The position numbers were made by a program, and so were the translations under genes. Shown here piece after piece: positions 1-14,212 of a stretch of 64,000 bases of DNA. The stretch comes from Octopus vulgaris (taxonomy: Eukaryota): assembly GCA_951406725.2 (NCBI GenBank), contig OX597837.1, positions 1,550,001 through 1,614,000 of the forward strand, in the 5' to 3' direction. The first letter of the stretch is position 1. Every line of letters begins with the position of its first letter. A model generated the notes under the pieces. It did not search any database. It was given only the letters and a program-made list of their open reading frames with translations, and had not been told where the DNA came from.

Positions 1-691
1 ATATTTGTATTTATTTATGTATGTATAATGACTGTATTTACAATATTTAAAACACAATGTGAATTATAATACATAAAGATAAAAGCAAAATATGGAGGTT
101 GTATAGCAAATGAAACTGAATGACTTAAAACAACTATGGCGGACAACTTCGGTCTATAATAAGGTTTGGTCTAACCGCTTTTGTTTTGGGTTGTATCGTT
201 AAGTAAGTGTACAAAAGGTAAATTATGCAGATAATAATTTAAATTATAGTAGAGAGAGAGAATATGATAAGGAAAGTCGATAATGTATAAAATATCTTAT
301 TGTATATTCTTACACAGACAGAATATAATAAGCGACAAAACAATATTTAATACAACGTCTGGCCGGACTACTCATTATTATTTAATGAAGCAGTGTTTTT
401 ATTGCTTTTTTTTAATGAAGGGTCTTATTGATGTAGTAAGGGGAAATATGAGAGACTAGGCTGAGTGTAAGAGTCGGAAGGTCAAAATCGTAAATTAAAA
501 TAAAATATAATGAGATCAAAGTCAGGGTAGAAATATTTTAGCATCGTTGTGATTGATAAATTGGTGCTTTTTAATTTACATCGTTCTTAGAAGTCTCCTG
601 CAATCTACCAGGTAGCACACACACACACACACATACACACACACACGCACACACACTCACATATGCGTGTAAGTGTATGTATTGACATATA

Positions 692-872
692 ATTTAAAAT
701 CTTGGGACAAGGCCAGCAATTGTAGCGGAAGTGAGTCTATTACATTATCACTTATTTTACTTATTTTATCGACCCAGAAGACATTTCAACTCGGAACTTA
801 AAATAGCCGGAAGAAATGCTACAAAGCATTTTGTTTCACACCTAACGATTCTCCCAGGTTGCTCTACCCCGA
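692..872 (-). mobile_element. tRNA-derived SINE, family C, degenerate copy
   Basis: Reverse complement matches the family C copies at 49570-49752 and 55362-55582 (acaaggccagcaa...acttattttatcgaccc...aactcggaac...ctaacgattct). Confidence 0.6.
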
Positions 873-879
873 CCCATGA

Positions 880-934
<55 letters not shown>

Positions 935-2477
935 CACATTATAACTGAGTGGTTACTGAATTTGCTTTGCAATCACGATGTTTTGTGTTCGATTTCGCAG
1001 CGTAACATCTTGAGCAATGCTGTCAGAAGTGGTCAGAGAAGTGATGTATTGGTGTGCAGTAAGTACTTGTCTGTCTCTGTGGCATGTCAGACGTGCAGAA
1101 CTCCAGATTTTTAACGGTGCTCATGATGCCAAGTTAAAGGAAGTAAGATTGGCTACTCGTTAGTCGATCCACTTGGTTGGTCTTTGCACTAGTAAAGAGT
1201 GGGGATTGTAACGTTGGGCATACCAACAGGCATCCGGGATGCAGAGTTGCGATTGACAGCAGTTGTACAAGCAAGGCGCTTGCAAATCTCTATGATGATC
1301 TTAATTTCGACCACAGTCGAAATTCTCTGGCAAAGTCTTTCCACAGTTCACGATATTCCATTGCCCTTGGCCGAGGTTTCTATCGTTTGGCAATCGATGG
1401 ATGAATGTTTGAGCAGGTCTTTCCGCACTGCGTCTCCGGTTCCTACAAACAGTACTTTGTGTATATATTTCTGCTTACTTCAGCCTCACTGTCGTGGAAA
1501 TCGTAATTGCCTTTGAGCAATTTTAATTGCTATCCTGATGCTGTTCTTCAATGTGACACACTGCATCTTTTCATAATCGCACTGTACTATGCCCCGAAGG
1601 AATCCATTGTTAAGGAACTAGATTTCCACTTTACAAGCCAAACCCACCGTTATATGTGATACAGATTTTGTTGGTGACTCAGCTCTTTTATCAAGTACCA
1701 GTGATTAAGCTTAAGAAGTTCTTCATAAAGTCGAATTCTCTGCCACAAAAAGTATTGTGGTTCTAATTATTGTCAAGATAACATTACTACATAAATAGTT
1801 ACGACAAAAAGGTTGAAAGTCAATAATAATTATAAAGGTAGATTAATTATAGATATGTTCTGTCGAGATTTAACTACACATGTTCATAAGCATTTCTTAA
1901 GTGAGGATTATATTTGAAGTTTATGGAAAAGAAGGCATGACTATGAATATTATTGAAGTTATGCGTCCCTAGAGTGTTCTACGACAATCTACGAGAATTA
2001 TGACGTTAATCTTGTAATGTACGGGAATCGAATCTTTTGGGAGATGATATTTAAATCAAATTTAAATTTGGAAAATGGAGGGTAGGGAGGGAAAGAAATA
2101 GAATTAAAGGGATTAGTATACACACACACACATACACACGTACGTATGCATACACGCACACATACACACACACGTACACACACACATATGTATATATGCA
2201 CGCATGTTCAGCAATTTAATGTGGAATTACAGCTAGATTAAATTGGCATCTCCTTTCAATGCGCATTATGACAATACAAGGTAGTTTTATCATAATCATA
2301 GATGCAGGTGGGATTATTACAAACCTCCAAATGAATGCATTTGTATGGACGCAGTGTTTTCGATACAGTGTTATGGTATACGTAGAAAGAGGAAGGAATT
2401 AGGGAACATGGAGAATGTTGGAAACATTACGAATGAACTTTTCCAATAATAATAATGATTATAAAGATGATGATAAC

Positions 2478-2643
2478 GCAGTACCAGGCACCTTGCCCTG
2501 ATGCAGTACCGACACTATGCCCTGATGTAGAACCAGGCAGCGGTTCTTATGGATTCCGATCTTAACTGATTAGAAGTATTATCATGCAGATTGTTTTGTC
2601 TTGGAATGAAAGATAGGCTACAGCAAATATTCTGCTCAATACA
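2478..2643. repeat. Dispersed repeat family D, terminal fragment (inverted relative to 61131-61676) with a triplicated ~24-bp end
   Basis: gatcttaactgattagaag...ctacagcaaatattctgctcaatac is the reverse complement of ~61560-61676. The terminal motif gcagtacc...tgccctgat occurs three times in tandem at ~2478-2540. Confidence 0.75.
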
Positions 2644-2667
2644 CACACATATATATACTCATATATA

Positions 2668-2907
2668 CTTTATTATTAAGGGTTCACAAAACATCACAAA
2701 AAACTGCTACTCAGAGATTCACGTTTCCGTTCGTCGGACATTCACAACTGGCTGACGAACGGAAACGTGAATCTCTAAGTAGTTTTTGCAGCTTTAATAA
2801 TAAAGGATATACTCAGCTTCCGGTATTGAAGTAATATATTTTTCTCTCCTTGTTTCTCCCCTAATATCTTTCTCACCTTATTTCATATCTATGTGCTTAC
2901 TCTGGTG
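2668..2907 (+). mobile_element. Small Penelope-like (PLE) insert with inverted 5' duplication and 12-bp target-site duplication
   Basis: Perfect 23-bp inverted arms at 2713-2735/2754-2776 and outer arms ctttattattaa 2668-2679 / ttaataataaag 2794-2805. Flanked by the direct repeat TACTCATATATA (2656-2667, 2908-2919). Contains CTGACGA-acg-GAAAC. The PLE assignment is inference from this architecture. Confidence 0.6.
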
Positions 2908-2911
2908 TACT

Positions 2912-2995
2912 CATATATATATACATATATATATATATACATATACATATATATATATACATATACATATACATATATATATATATCATATATAT

Positions 2996-3083
<88 letters not shown>

Positions 3084-3168
3084 CTATATGTATATATATA
3101 TATGTATATATACATATAGATATATATATACATACATATGTATATATATATGTATATGTATATATATT
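2912..3168. repeat. Degenerate (TA)n/(TATG)n microsatellite array
   Basis: Direct reading. Confidence 0.95.
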
Positions 3169-3169
3169 T

Positions 3170-4089
3170 CGTTTTTTTCTTGTTTCAGCTCAGAGCTGCG
3201 GCCATGCTGATGCACTGCCGTTTTGTGCTACTCTGTTATTACTAAGAGCCTCCTCTAATATGTGGCACTTGGTGAAGAATGGTGTTTGATATAGCTACCC
3301 TCATTTGCACCTCTTGCCGTGAGGTAGGCTCATCTGGGACTCTCGACAAGAAGATGTGCAGCTTTGATTTAAAAACCGCTACATCTACTTGTGCAAGTTC
3401 CTCAGACTCTTTGGGAGAATATTAAAAAGCTGTGGGCCCTTGAAACCCAGGCTGTTGCGGTAGCTGGTCCTGAAGCGTGATGCCATTGCTGGGATCTTTG
3501 GCACTATGCAGTGTCGTCCCGTTCTAGCATTGGTGTAGCTTACAATGCCAAAATTTGGCAGAATTCCTTCCAGGATCTTCCAGATATATATTACTGCATA
3601 CCTCTCCCGTCTTCTCTCCAGGGAGTAGAGTCTTAGCTATTTCAACCTTTCCTAGTAGCTGAGCTGTTGCAAAGAGACGATTTTCTTTGTGAATCTTCTC
3701 TGGGTTGCTTCAAGGTCCGCTGTTAATTTCACACTGGTGGGTGACCATAGCTGTGATCAGTAATCCAGGCGGCTGAGGACGAATGTCCGACAGAAGACCA
3801 TCATGGTTTCCTTATCTCTGGTTGTGAATGTTCTTAGGATCCATCTAGCCGGTCGTCTGCACTTTGTCGCCATCCTGGTAATGTGTACTTGGAAAGAGGT
3901 ATCATCACTCATGTCGATACCCAGGTCCCTCACAGACATTGGCTCTGGGATTGAAATACCCTGTAGACCGGTACACCCTGTAAGTCTAATATTCAGTTTT
4001 GGATGCTGGTAGCGCAGGGCCTGGAATTTTTCAGCATTAAACTGCATATTATTATCCTCGGCCCATCTGTAGACTGAGTCCAACTCCTG

Positions 4090-4093
<4 letters not shown>
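3170..4093 (-). mobile_element. 5'-truncated CR1/L2-type LINE (ORF2 C-terminal part plus 3' UTR), pseudogenised
   Basis: Minus-strand translation [23 protein letters not shown]...VRDLGIDMS...[14 protein letters not shown]...FVLSRLDY* aligns with the ORF2 end of the copy at 29465-31825. Contains stops. The 3' tail (gtgcatcagcatggccgcagctctgagctgaaacaag) is like that of the other copy. Confidence 0.93.
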
Positions 4094-4149
<56 letters not shown>

Positions 4150-4416
4150 ATATATATGTATGGATATATATATCTGTATGTATGTATGTATATGTATATA
4201 TATATATATGTATGTATATATATATATATATGTATGTATGTATGTATATATATATATATATGTATGTATATATATATATGTATGTATATATATATATATG
4301 TATGTATATATATATATGTATGTATATATATATATATGTATGTATATATATATATATGTATGTATATATATATATATGTATGTATATATATATATATGTA
4401 TATATATATATGTATG

Positions 4417-4505
<89 letters not shown>

Positions 4506-4514
4506 GTATATATG

Positions 4515-4569
<55 letters not shown>

Positions 4570-4664
4570 ATATATGTATATATGCATATATATATATATA
4601 TGTATATATATATGCATACATGTATATATATATATGTATATATGTATGTATATATATATATGTA

Positions 4665-4716
<52 letters not shown>

Positions 4717-4910
4717 TATATATGTATACATGTATATATGTATATATGTATATATATATTTATATATGTATACATGTATATATATATATATGTATATATG
4801 TATATATATATATATGTATATGTATAAATATATATATATGTATATGTATATATGCATATATGTATATATATATGTATATGTATAAATATATATATATATG
4901 TATATGTATG

Positions 4911-4943
<33 letters not shown>

Positions 4944-5221
4944 GTATATATACCGGAGTAAACACATAAATGTGAAACAAGGTGGAAAAAAGAGTACCCA
5001 AATACCAGTGGTAGAGTAATATGCTTTAAATAAAGTATATGTATATATATGTATATATATATATATGTATATATGTATATATATGTATATATGTATGTAT
5101 ATATATGTATATATATATATGAATATATATATGTATATATATATATATTTATATATATATGTATATATATATATATGTATATATATGTATATATATATAT
5201 GTATATATATATATATGTATA

Positions 5222-5262
<41 letters not shown>

Positions 5263-5330
5263 GTATATATATATATATGTATATATATATGTATATATAT
5301 ATATATATATATACATATATATACACACAC
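4094..5330. repeat. Long degenerate (TA)n/(TATG)n array, interrupted at 4953-5035
   Basis: Direct reading. Source of the long YIYI/MYVC ORFs. Confidence 0.95.
4953..5035 (-). mobile_element. Terminal fragment of the same PLE-like family as 2668-2907, inserted in (TA)n
   Basis: Reverse complement ctttatttaaagcatattactctaccactggtattt...ccttgtttcacatttatgtgtttactccgg aligns with 2792-2905 (ctttaataataaaggatatactc...ggtatt...ccttatttcatatctatgtgcttactctgg). Confidence 0.65.
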
Positions 5331-6101
5331 ATATAGGTGTGCATGCGTAGTTATATATGTCTGTATATGTGTTCATCGTATGCGTGTATGTACGCATACA
5401 TGCCTGTATGACTGTGTGTATGTATATATATACATAAAAATATATATGTATATATATTCATAATTGCATACATCACATAGAAATATATATTATACGCACG
5501 TACGTATTAAATACATTTAATATATATGTATGTGTGATAAATCAATCTTTGTATGCGAAAGTCTATCATTTCCTGCTAATTTAGGGTGCGTATACGTGTT
5601 AAGACTGCATATTTCAGTGTGTATATAAATATATGTATATATACCGATAATTTTGGTCAATAGGAAACGACAATAAAGAAATGAATTAAGACGTTCATAA
5701 ATGAAATGAATGAAAGCGGAATAAAAAGAGAACGACAGAAAGAAGGAAAGAAACAAGAGAAGACAAGATGGCGGTAATAAGGGACGTTGTATAAAGAAAG
5801 ATTGAAAGAGTAATTGGTAATATAAGAGTGTAGCCAAAAGGGGAATAATTTTATAATCTGGGATACGGTTGATAGGATACTGATTAGCACCGAACGTATC
5901 ACGTGTCAGGATAGTTGGGAGCATACACGCGCGCACTCACATACGTGTATTCTTTTATTATATATAAGCGTCTGTGTATTTATTGAAGTGTATTTGTGTA
6001 CATACACATATATGTATATGCAAATATATATATATATATATATGTATGTAAATGCAAATACTTACATATATATATATATGCAGAGAGAGATACATATAAA
6101 T

Positions 6102-6158
<57 letters not shown>

Positions 6159-7160
6159 CGTATATATCTGTATAAATATATCTATAAATGTATGTGAAAG
6201 TGCGTGTGTGGTTGTGTGTGTGTGTATGAGTATGCACGTATGTAGACACGAAAGTATCTAAATATATTTGTGTGCATATATTTATGTGTATACATCCATG
6301 TATGTATATATATATACATATATATGTATATCGACGTGTGTGAATATATGTACATTTGCATATATGCATGCACGTGTGTGTGCGCGCGTAATATTCTCGC
6401 CGCAAAAATGAGTTACTATTGTGAGTTTATTAAAAGCGTACATTGTGTTCGAAATTATATGCATAGGTATGTACGTGTTTATGCATAGATATACACACAC
6501 ACGCACGGACATTTGTATATGCATATATGTACATACATAGGCATTTATGTAAGTATAACTATATGTGTGTGTGGTTTAGATGTTTGTATACATATAGATA
6601 TATAGATGAACATTTGCATGAATGCGTCTAGGTATGTTACCGGAATATAGTATCAACGTTTTACTAGAGGCAACGATAAAAGAAGATCAGGATTTGCTGA
6701 GTGGAACATGGTGATTACAACGCCTCTAGTATATACATACAGATACACACGTATATATGACGCGCACATATATATATATAATATATATCTATATAATAAT
6801 TATATATATATATATATAAAGATACTCGCCTTCAATCACACAGATGCCTGGCTACACCATAGCATTGGTGATGCATTATAAACGTGGTAATTAAAATGAT
6901 ACAAGGTTGTCTGTGAACCAATTTTATTGACGTAAATTTAGAGATTCAATCAGTTGGAAGGAAATGGTCTACCTTCTGTTCTTGTATGCCTACAGATGTA
7001 CCATACACATACACACACTCATACAATTATACATACATACTTACACATACACACACACACAAATATATATAAATATATATATGTACATATATATATGCAT
7101 ATATATACATATATGTATATATAAATTCTATAATTACACGTATTCATGTAGCTACCTACC

Positions 7161-7241
<81 letters not shown>

Positions 7242-7495
7242 GTCACTCTGTGTGTGTGTATATGTGTATATACATGTATCCATTTCTATATATAGCTACA
7301 TATGTGTTTTTGAGGATGTTGCATGACCTTCCATACATGTTAAGGAGGAGATAGTATTGTTGGCAGGTGTGTTGGGTGTCCTCATCAGATGAAAATATGT
7401 TGCATGGCGGACGAACAAAGGCCATAGTCATCTCAAGATACTAAAATTAAATCAGACTTGAAGTAGAAATATGTTAACTACCTCGTTGCTTGCTC

Positions 7496-7549
<54 letters not shown>

Positions 7550-7967
7550 CTGTATATCTGCCACAAAGACAATTTCATGTAATAGTCATTACGAGTTTTT
7601 GGCAAAATATCCAATGTTCTTGTCATTATAAAGCCGGATTATTTGAGAGCCTGGTCACTGAAGACCGAGAACACCTTCCCCAGAGAGACTATTAGAGAAA
7701 TGGAACCTTTCAAATATATGGGAACATTTTTTATGGGACACCAATATAAAGAATTTTGTAAGTAGTCTGAAATAGAAATACGTGACTGTTTCAAGAATTG
7801 GTGACTACAAATGTACGGTAATTTCAAATATTCATTTGTAATATTTGTGATCTTTATACTTTGGCTGTGAAACAAGATGTTTGACTCTGTCCAAGTCTCA
7901 TTCAATCAAAATATTTGCCGTTTACATTATTCCTTCTGCCTTTGTTATCAGTAGAATAGGCACGAAT

Positions 7968-8842
7968 ATTGATTTCTGGCATTGAAACAGGGTCAGGAAT
8001 ATAAAAGAGCAGAGTTTAGTCGATTAAACTTTCTCTCCAGCGTATTACCGGTATTTTTAATCGATTTTTCAAAGGATGAAATTCAGAGTTAACATGGACG
8101 GGTCTTGAGGTCAGAATGTACAGTTTTCGATTACATTAATCCCAGTGTATAGCTGGTACTTTCACAAATTTTGGAATGTTTACAGTTAAAGTTGACACCA
8201 GGGTGTTTGAGGTGAGCATGTGACGAAACGAAAGTAAATAAATATTACTAGAATAGGCCCAACGGTTGAAATTTGAAGGCAACGGGATTTGTCCATTAAA
8301 GTGGTTCTCCCAATTATATAACTGGTACTTTAATATATAGCTCCCGAATGAATGAAAATGAAAGTAGATATCAGGGATATTTGAAGCCAGAAATTAAAGA
8401 GCTGGAACAAATTGTTAGTAATATTTGTTCGTGATATAAGGCAATATCCTTAGCACGTCCAGCAAAACCATTAGCGGCATTACATCCGTCTTTATGTTCT
8501 GAGATGAAATCCCGCCGAGGTCCACTTTGCCTTTTATCCTTCGATAAAATACATTAAATAAGTAACAGTAGAGCACTGGGGTCGACCTAACTGACTTATC
8601 TCCTCCTCCAAAATTGCTGGCCTTGTGAAAAATCTTGAAACCAATAATTGAAATGTAGATATACGGTCCGAAATTTGAATGCAGTAGATTAATGGATTAA
8701 CTTGATCCAGAATATGACTGGTGCTGTATTTTATCTGCGCTGGAATGATGAAACCGGTAGGATATAAAGTCGGAAAGTAAAGAGTTACAGTAAATAATAC
8801 CAGTCATTTTACCTAAAACGCCAATGGTTCTGTCACTGCACC
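7968..8842. mobile_element. Cluster of ~5 family C SINE copies (three - at ~7968-8420, one + at ~8440-8648, one - at ~8650-8842)
   Basis: The + copy is clear (gttctgagatgaaatcccgccgaggtccactttgcc...aagtaacagt...cactggggtcgac...ctggccttgtg). The flanking copies retain reverse motifs such as gtcgatta, ctggtactt and aaagttgac. Confidence 0.6.
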
Positions 8843-9109
8843 AACTTATTTTCAAATTTTGATCGATCTAATATCAAATTCTGATCAATATAAAACCAAG
8901 TCATTTAAAAAAAATAATTAATAAAATGAAAATGAAAAAAGGGGGAAAAGGCATACTAGAATATCGTCATATATTGATATAATGGTCACTACAAATATAA
9001 TGCAATTTCATGTATGGACGCTAGAAGTAATATATAGTTCCAATTTATAGGTACAATAAATACAGGAGACATGTACAAGACAATATTGGATAATATCGGA
9101 TTTGCAATG

Positions 9110-9245
9110 AGAATTAGTGGCACTGGGCAGAGTGGTAAACAGTAGAGAAAAGATTCAACATAGAAGAAATTTTTCAAAAATCTGGACAATCGATAACAAT
9201 TTAGAACAATATAGGCCCACCAGTTTGTACAATTAGGATATATAT
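9110..9245 (+). mobile_element. Ancient LINE ORF2 relic
   Basis: aac aat tta gaa caa tat agg ccc acc agt ttg = NNLEQYRPTSL, resembling the NYRPISL motif upstream of non-LTR RT domains. The flanks are disrupted. Confidence 0.4.
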
Positions 9246-9702
9246 GTAGTACGGGAGGGTGAGGAAGAGTAAAGAGAGGAATACAAAGATGTTTCAGAGA
9301 GGAGCAGAAAGAGAGAGGAAGAGAGGAAGTGTAAAGGCGAAGATGTACCAGAGAGGGGAACACAAATTAAGAGAGAAAGAGGAATGTGACGGAGTAGAAT
9401 GGCTTGACAGCTTGTCCCATTCTTTCGTAAATTATTTAAGGTGCCTGTATATAGTCAGGGACAGACAGATACACTTTCGACTCTTCTACATTTTTACCGA
9501 ACGACACGTTAAGAATATGAAAGACACAGACTGAGAGCGAGATTGAATGCTACACTGTCACTCCGTTGAATGCTACATTGTACACATCATCAGAGCAAAG
9601 TACATAAAATTGAAATTGCTCAAGGACAAATCGGTCTACGCTACCCATATATCGAATTTGTGATACTATCATTGTGTTATATATGGGGGAGGTGTTTATA
9701 AA

Positions 9703-9745
<43 letters not shown>

Positions 9746-10783
9746 ATATATATTTATATATTACTTGTATAGATATATTCATACAGAATATGTACATATG
9801 AATTTGTGTGTATGTATGTATGTATGTATGTATGTATATATATATATATATATATTTATAGATAGATAGATACATACATACATACATACATCACTTTTGT
9901 TTTTGTATTTTTGGCGTAATGACTTCCTCAAGTTAGAACGGAATGCATATAGATACACTTGTATGTGGGTGTTTGTGTGCAGATATAAAGATACTTATGT
10001 ATGACTTCCAAGCATATTTGCATATCTATATATCTACACATGTGAGTGTATGTTAATTTGTATATTTGTATGAACACATGTCCTGGTAAATATCTTAATA
10101 TAGAAAATAAGCGGGAAAAAATAAATGAATTCACGAAATAAAGAAATTACAAAAGTAATATAAGATATTGTATCAACAAGAAAAAAGATGAAGAATTAAT
10201 AAACATTAAAAATATAAGCCATCGGCAGAAGCTGCAACAACAGCAACAAAAACGTTAATAACAAAATGGACGACATATAAAGAAAATACAAGTGGCTAAA
10301 AATTCGAGTTTGAAACACATAACAAGACGAATGTTTGTAATTTATTTAACGCTCTCTGCTACATCGCAGCTTTGATATGTCGTCACAGATAAATCTTTAT
10401 TAAAGACACACTTGAAAACAAATGAGCGAATTGGAGAAAAAAGTAAAAAAGGAAAAGGAAACGAAACACATATTTGTGCTTTTTTTGTGTGGGTGTGTGT
10501 GTAAAACCATGATGAGAAAATGGCTGCTGAACTGAAGAACGAAAGTGAAAGTAGAAAAATTGTAATAATGAATGTTAAGTATAAACAAATAGATAGAATT
10601 AAGAAAATGAAATTCACACACACACTCACTCGCACATATATACACACACATATAAGTATATAAGCATATATGTACGTACATACGCACACACAGACATACA
10701 CACAAATGTATATATATATATATATATATACATATATGATATCACACTCATATATATACACATATATTCACACACACAGATAC

Positions 10784-10849
<66 letters not shown>

Positions 10850-11609
10850 GCTGTAAATAAATGATGAAAGACACAAACGACAGAGGTAGCAGATAAAAAT
10901 ACAACTAAAATCATAAATAATGAGGACGTTGTGAGCACTAATTGAAGGAGCCTTTAAGAAGGACAAATGAGGAGAAACAATAGACATATGTGTGTGGGTG
11001 CGTGTGTAGATGAGGAATCTACGCAAATAAATGGTGGCGAAGGTTGTGGAGGAAAAAGTGTGGGGGAGAACGTGTGATAAGTGATGTTAATATACAACCA
11101 TGAAGTATAGTAAACATTACTTGAGATACAAAAGCTACAATGAAATTTTTTGATGTAAAAACTAACTGTGACAGCAATGATGTGTGTGTGTGTACGTGGA
11201 TGTATTCATATATATGTGTGTGTGTGTGTGTGTCTTTCTTTTATATATTCTTTGGATTGTTTTTGTGAGCAAAAAATAATAAGAAAGAAAAGGTGTCGGT
11301 GTTTTAGCAAAGACATAAAAGCTCTATCATAGAAATTTAGATAACAGCAAGCAATAATCGTGAGTTATATCTTGCATATTTTCACACTTCTCTTTATTGC
11401 ATTATAGATTCAATTTGTCGAAAAAGAAAACAAGAAAAAACAAGAAGAAAAAACTAGTTCGCGGTTTTATTTTCTGTGTTTGAAAACGGTGGTCGTTTCG
11501 TGTCCATTATTCAAGTAGTTACATAAGCGAGTGCAATGGTGATTCGAGTTACACTTGTAAACTTAAGCATCGTTGTCGATCAGAAATAATTACGTTTCGT
11601 GCTTTTAAC

Positions 11610-11802
11610 TACTCTTTCTTGTTTCAGTCATTTGACAGCGGCCATGCTGGAGCACTGCCTGTTGGAGTTTAATTGATCAAATCCACTCCAGGAATTATTA
11701 TTTTCTTTTTCAAGTTTGGTACTTATTCTATCAGTCTTTTATTAATGATCTGCTAAGTTAATGGGACCTAATCAAGCTAACACTGTTTGCCAAGCATCAG
11801 CG

Positions 11803-11803
<1 letters not shown>
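11610..11803 (-). mobile_element. SINE family A, 3' half ending at the internal (CA)n
   Basis: gtttcagtcatttgacagcggccatgctggagcactgcc...ggtacttattctatc is the reverse complement of the 3' part of 46862-47306. Confidence 0.8.
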
Positions 11804-11870
<67 letters not shown>

Positions 11871-12505
11871 ATTTTCATTTAGTGAGAGACAGCTGTCACC
11901 CAGAAATTGCCAGCTTCCAAGCCCTGATTTTTGATCGGTTGAAAATTATCTAAATCTAAACCTCTAATATTTTTCTACAATTTTTCTGGAATAGGTAAAT
12001 AAGAAAATCGAATTCAACGTAAACAATTACACAATATACCAAATATTGAAATTTTCACTTAATTTTAAAATTTAAAATTCTGTGACAGCAACAGCAAAGA
12101 CTAAAGAGAGGTAGATACAATCATAAGACGCGACACTCACACACACACACAAATATAAGCATACATACAGATACATATATATATATACACATATATATGC
12201 ATACAGACACACATACATATATACACACATTCACAAATGTATGTATGATACATACAGACATACACACACACACAAACACAAACGTACACACAGTCAAGTA
12301 ATCATGAGGTTAAGATGGCGACTTCGAAAGACATTTAGTGTTGGCGAGCTGGAATTTGAGTTATTTATCGTATCAAATTATATGTTTTGAATGCTAATAA
12401 CCAGAACCCTCCTTGTTCGGACGCAAATTTCGAAAATCATTTCTGCTTTTCTCTAGGACACACCGTTTTGAACCCTTCCGTGGCATACACTTATACATAT
12501 ATATA

Positions 12506-13088
12506 TAGGCTGTCCCAGAAGTCACTGATATGTTTCAGTTTTTAATAACTTCCTTAATTTTACAAATAAATGCACGAAATTTTGATACAATATAAAGGAC
12601 ATAATGGAAATTAATATAAACAAGTCAAGTTTGCAACACCACTACATCACATATGAAAAATGACATCGCTTAAATGGCAGCCACTTTCAGCTTCGCACGA
12701 CCGTGCTCTTTCCAAAACTTGCATCACAACGCCCTCAAGAGTTTCAGACCCCAGATTTCTGATTTCTTTATTGATGTTCTCCTTCAGTTGCACCAGGGTC
12801 TCTAGTTTGTTGACGTAAAAATTCTCTTTCATGTATCCATAGCTGATACCTTTCTGCGCTCGGCCATTCAAAGTAGACCTCAGTGCTTTGGAGAGAGAAT
12901 AGTCTCCTGCTACGGCGAAGTCTACTGGCCTTAATGTTCCCCAGACTTGACTAGCTCAGATTCTTTCTTGTGGGGATGCTTGAAAGAGAGGCGTTACGTT
13001 AACAAACAGGAGGCCCTGGAGCAACTGAAGGAGAACATCAATAGAGAAATCAAAGAAGTGGGGTCTGAAACCCTTGAGGGTGTTACGG
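12506..13088. mobile_element. Tc1/mariner-superfamily relic with inverted duplication of the transposase C-terminus
   Basis: TA followed by a (C)AGGCTGTCCCAGAAGT-type end at ~12506. Minus frame GYMKENFYVNKLETLVQLKENINKEI...RARSCEAESGCHLSDVIF*. Plus frame SPDLTSSDSFLWGCLKERRYVNKQEALEQLKENINREI, where SPDL..DF.LWG is the mariner C-terminal motif. Confidence 0.85.
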
Positions 13089-14066
13089 TAAGCTTTTATC
13101 ACGTACTATCTCCAAACACACACACACACACACACACTCACTCACACACACAAACACACACACATAGAGAGAGGCAGGCCTTAATGGGAGTTCTCAATAA
13201 CTGGTGCTTCGTTGCTCGATTAAAAAATTCAGAAGATAAATATTATTTGGCGATGGGCTGGGGAGCAGAAGCCCTTTCTCAATGAAGTGGGCTCCCTCAA
13301 TTATCGACTGGTGTTGAGTGCATATAAAGATTATGTTTGCAAGATGTATAAACAAGGCAGCACCAAACACCTTGCTTGTTCGTTTCTGAATAACTGATAC
13401 TTTATTAAGAATTAAGAGAGAAATGTGGTAGGGAAGGAGGTTTCTGTGTGTGTAGGTGTCCGTCCATTAGCCACGCTACAGACGTGTTAAGAAATAGCTC
13501 AATCTGATTTCTGTCGAATGATGACCGACCACTTCAATAATGACTTGTCTTAACTTGGTCAGCGCCACTAACATTTCAGGTGACCAAACATATCTTAGTC
13601 ACAGCATAAAAAAAAAACAACAAAATCCTCTCACAAAAAGTAAAATAAAGCACAAAAATACAAAGAAACCATACTCACACAGCCAACAGAACCCCTAAAC
13701 ATATGTAAATAGACATAATGTTTAATTATGTATAGTTACTAAGCAACTGACTTGTTAGTTGTAATACAGATGACGCTAGAACACAGTTGCTATGTAAATT
13801 TTGCGTTGTCTTCCAAGATTGCCGTTTGTATGTGATTAGAGCATCATCAGGAGTTAATTAAATGGTGCTGTGAGGCGAGTTCCACGACGATCTGTTGACA
13901 AAAACGTGCGTGAAATTTCATTTACTCTGTTAGAAGATATCGTCTTGACGACTAAGTGTTGATCTGGTTAGCTGACGTGTTCGGTAGGCAAAAGTTGGCA
14001 TATCTATCTATCCATTTATCGATTTATATCTATCTATCACTATCTATCTGTATCTCTTTCTCCCTA

Positions 14067-14136
<70 letters not shown>

Positions 14137-14175
14137 GGGGGGAAAGAGAGAGAGAGAGATGATAGATAGATAGAC

Positions 14176-14212
<37 letters not shown>

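Noticed and set aside
1000-1660. Coding-like unique stretch, possibly a decayed LTR-retrotransposon integrase
   Set aside because: Only vague similarity; no diagnostic motif can be read in any frame.
6662-6731. 10-bp inverted repeat tactagaggc/gcctctagta
   Set aside because: Too short, single copy, could be chance.
7586-7757. Open frame ending at GTAAGT (possible exon)
   Set aside because: No polypyrimidine acceptor and no recognisable protein similarity.
11892-12089. Possible MITE (gctgtcacccagaa / ttctgtgacagc)
   Set aside because: Imperfect short TIR, no TSD, no second copy in the window.
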